Positions 63,495 through 64,000 of a DNA stretch of 64,000 nucleotides are shown one piece after another. Where the stretch lies: contig JAUYOV010000004.1 in NCBI GenBank assembly GCA_030697795.1, positions 211,334-275,333 on the forward strand, given 5' to 3'. How positions within the stretch are numbered: position 1 is the stretch's first letter; every line of letters begins with the position of its first letter. The notes under the pieces were generated by a model. That model was not told where the DNA came from and made no database searches. It was given only the letters and a program-made list of their open reading frames with translations. The translations under genes were made by a program, and so were the position numbers. Source of the DNA: a bacterium. Its GTDB lineage: Bacteria > Patescibacteriota > Minisyncoccia > JACQLN01.

Positions 63495-63671
63495 TTAGTG
63501 CTGGGTTTCGCCTAGCCGATAGTCGGGTAGAAGACCAATACGCCTCATGGCGTAGTGCATCTCCCGATCGCTGGCATCGCGAATCGTGTGACCCGCCACC
63601 GAGTGACGGATATCTTCGCCGTCTCTGCGAATGGCTTCCATGACTCTGACTTGAATCTGATCGCCTTCCAT
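63495..63671 (-). CDS. Possible small ORF (58 aa, Arg-rich) in a GC-rich segment; below the ORF-track size cutoff
   Basis: Open frame MEGDQIQVRVMEAIRRDGEDIRHSVAGHTIRDASDREMHYAMRRIGLLPDYRLGETQH, followed by hairpin 63458-63486. No homology recognised. Confidence 0.15.
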   Translation of the reverse strand: MEGDQIQVRVMEAIRRDGEDIRHSVAGHTIRDASDREMHYAMRRIGLLPDYRLGETQH

Positions 63672-63747
63672 ATGCCCCTCCGCATATGAAATGTTTGGAA
63701 TCCTTTCCGTAGGATTTATAAGAGCCTCCCGCTCTTATGGTTTTGAT

Positions 63748-64000
63748 CTAGTTGGTAATATACGCAACGGTCACAATCACCACCCATGAGAGAATGGATC
63801 CGATGCCGACCCCTCTAAAAATGGGGCCGGGTTTTTCTGGGTATTCGGCGCTTCCGCCATCGTATCCCATGAAAAGGCCCATCTTTGTGAATAACGGGGT
63901 CAAATAGGCCTTTCCCGATTCTTCTCGCAGATAAAACGAGATGATCAGGATAGAAACCAACATCACCCCAGCACCAATCAAAGTCGGTGCAATGAAGGGC
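63748..64000 (-). CDS. Membrane protein, 3-prime part (ORF stays open to the window edge)
   Basis: Reading frame continues upstream of 63981 (PFIAPTLIGAGVM...). Hydrophobic. Confidence 0.3.
   Translation of the reverse strand, partial: PFIAPTLIGAGVMLVSILIISFYLREESGKAYLTPLFTKMGLFMGYDGGSAEYPEKPGPIFRGVGIGSILSWVVIVTVAYITN

Overview
This is an AT-rich bacterial chromosomal segment, by eye roughly 35-40% GC. Nearly all genes lie on the minus strand. Its overall character looks Patescibacteria/CPR-like (small proteins, short intergenic regions, many small repeats), but that is inference and I ran no search. Housekeeping genes, in order: the 3-prime end of a RelA/SpoT-family gene, parA-parB, a CsoR-CopA copper efflux operon, lipid genes (CDP-alcohol phosphatidyltransferase, PAP2), glyA, tsaC, leuS, tatD, metG, an AI-2E transporter, an M16 peptidase, glyQS, NUDIX hydrolases, recO-like, a GT39 glycosyltransferase, ileS, smpB followed by tmRNA, GIY-YIG-infC-rpmI-rplT, an Asp/Glu racemase with a DmpA-like peptidase, an MGMT-NUDIX-PolX repair cluster, an S8 protease, a family-4 UDG, an RNase J-like beta-CASP RNase, rnhB, and one tRNA-Leu(CAA). 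Accessory content is dense. The main finding is three complete diversity-generating retroelements (DGRs) within about 22 kb. Each has an RT with the DGR-type SQ motif, an Avd-like gene on the opposite strand to the RT (shown as [inverted] in the orders below), a template repeat (TR) and a GC-rich target gene. Each target gene has a C-terminal variable repeat (VR) whose mismatches to the TR are all or mostly at TR adenines. Further items: a LexA-like (S24) repressor fused to a beta-class DNA methyltransferase, convergent with a putative PD-(D/E)xK endonuclease; an IleS carrying an inserted histidine-phosphatase (PGAM-like) domain; a small palindromic repeat family and an ATCCGCG repeat family inserted in frame into essential genes; two further pairs of about 80-95 bp leader elements upstream of repair and aaRS genes; a Panacea-domain toxin-antitoxin pair; a 1680-aa SF1-helicase/DUF559/zinc-ribbon protein; and a compositionally foreign GC-rich gene. 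No rRNA, CRISPR array, transposase or integrase was seen.
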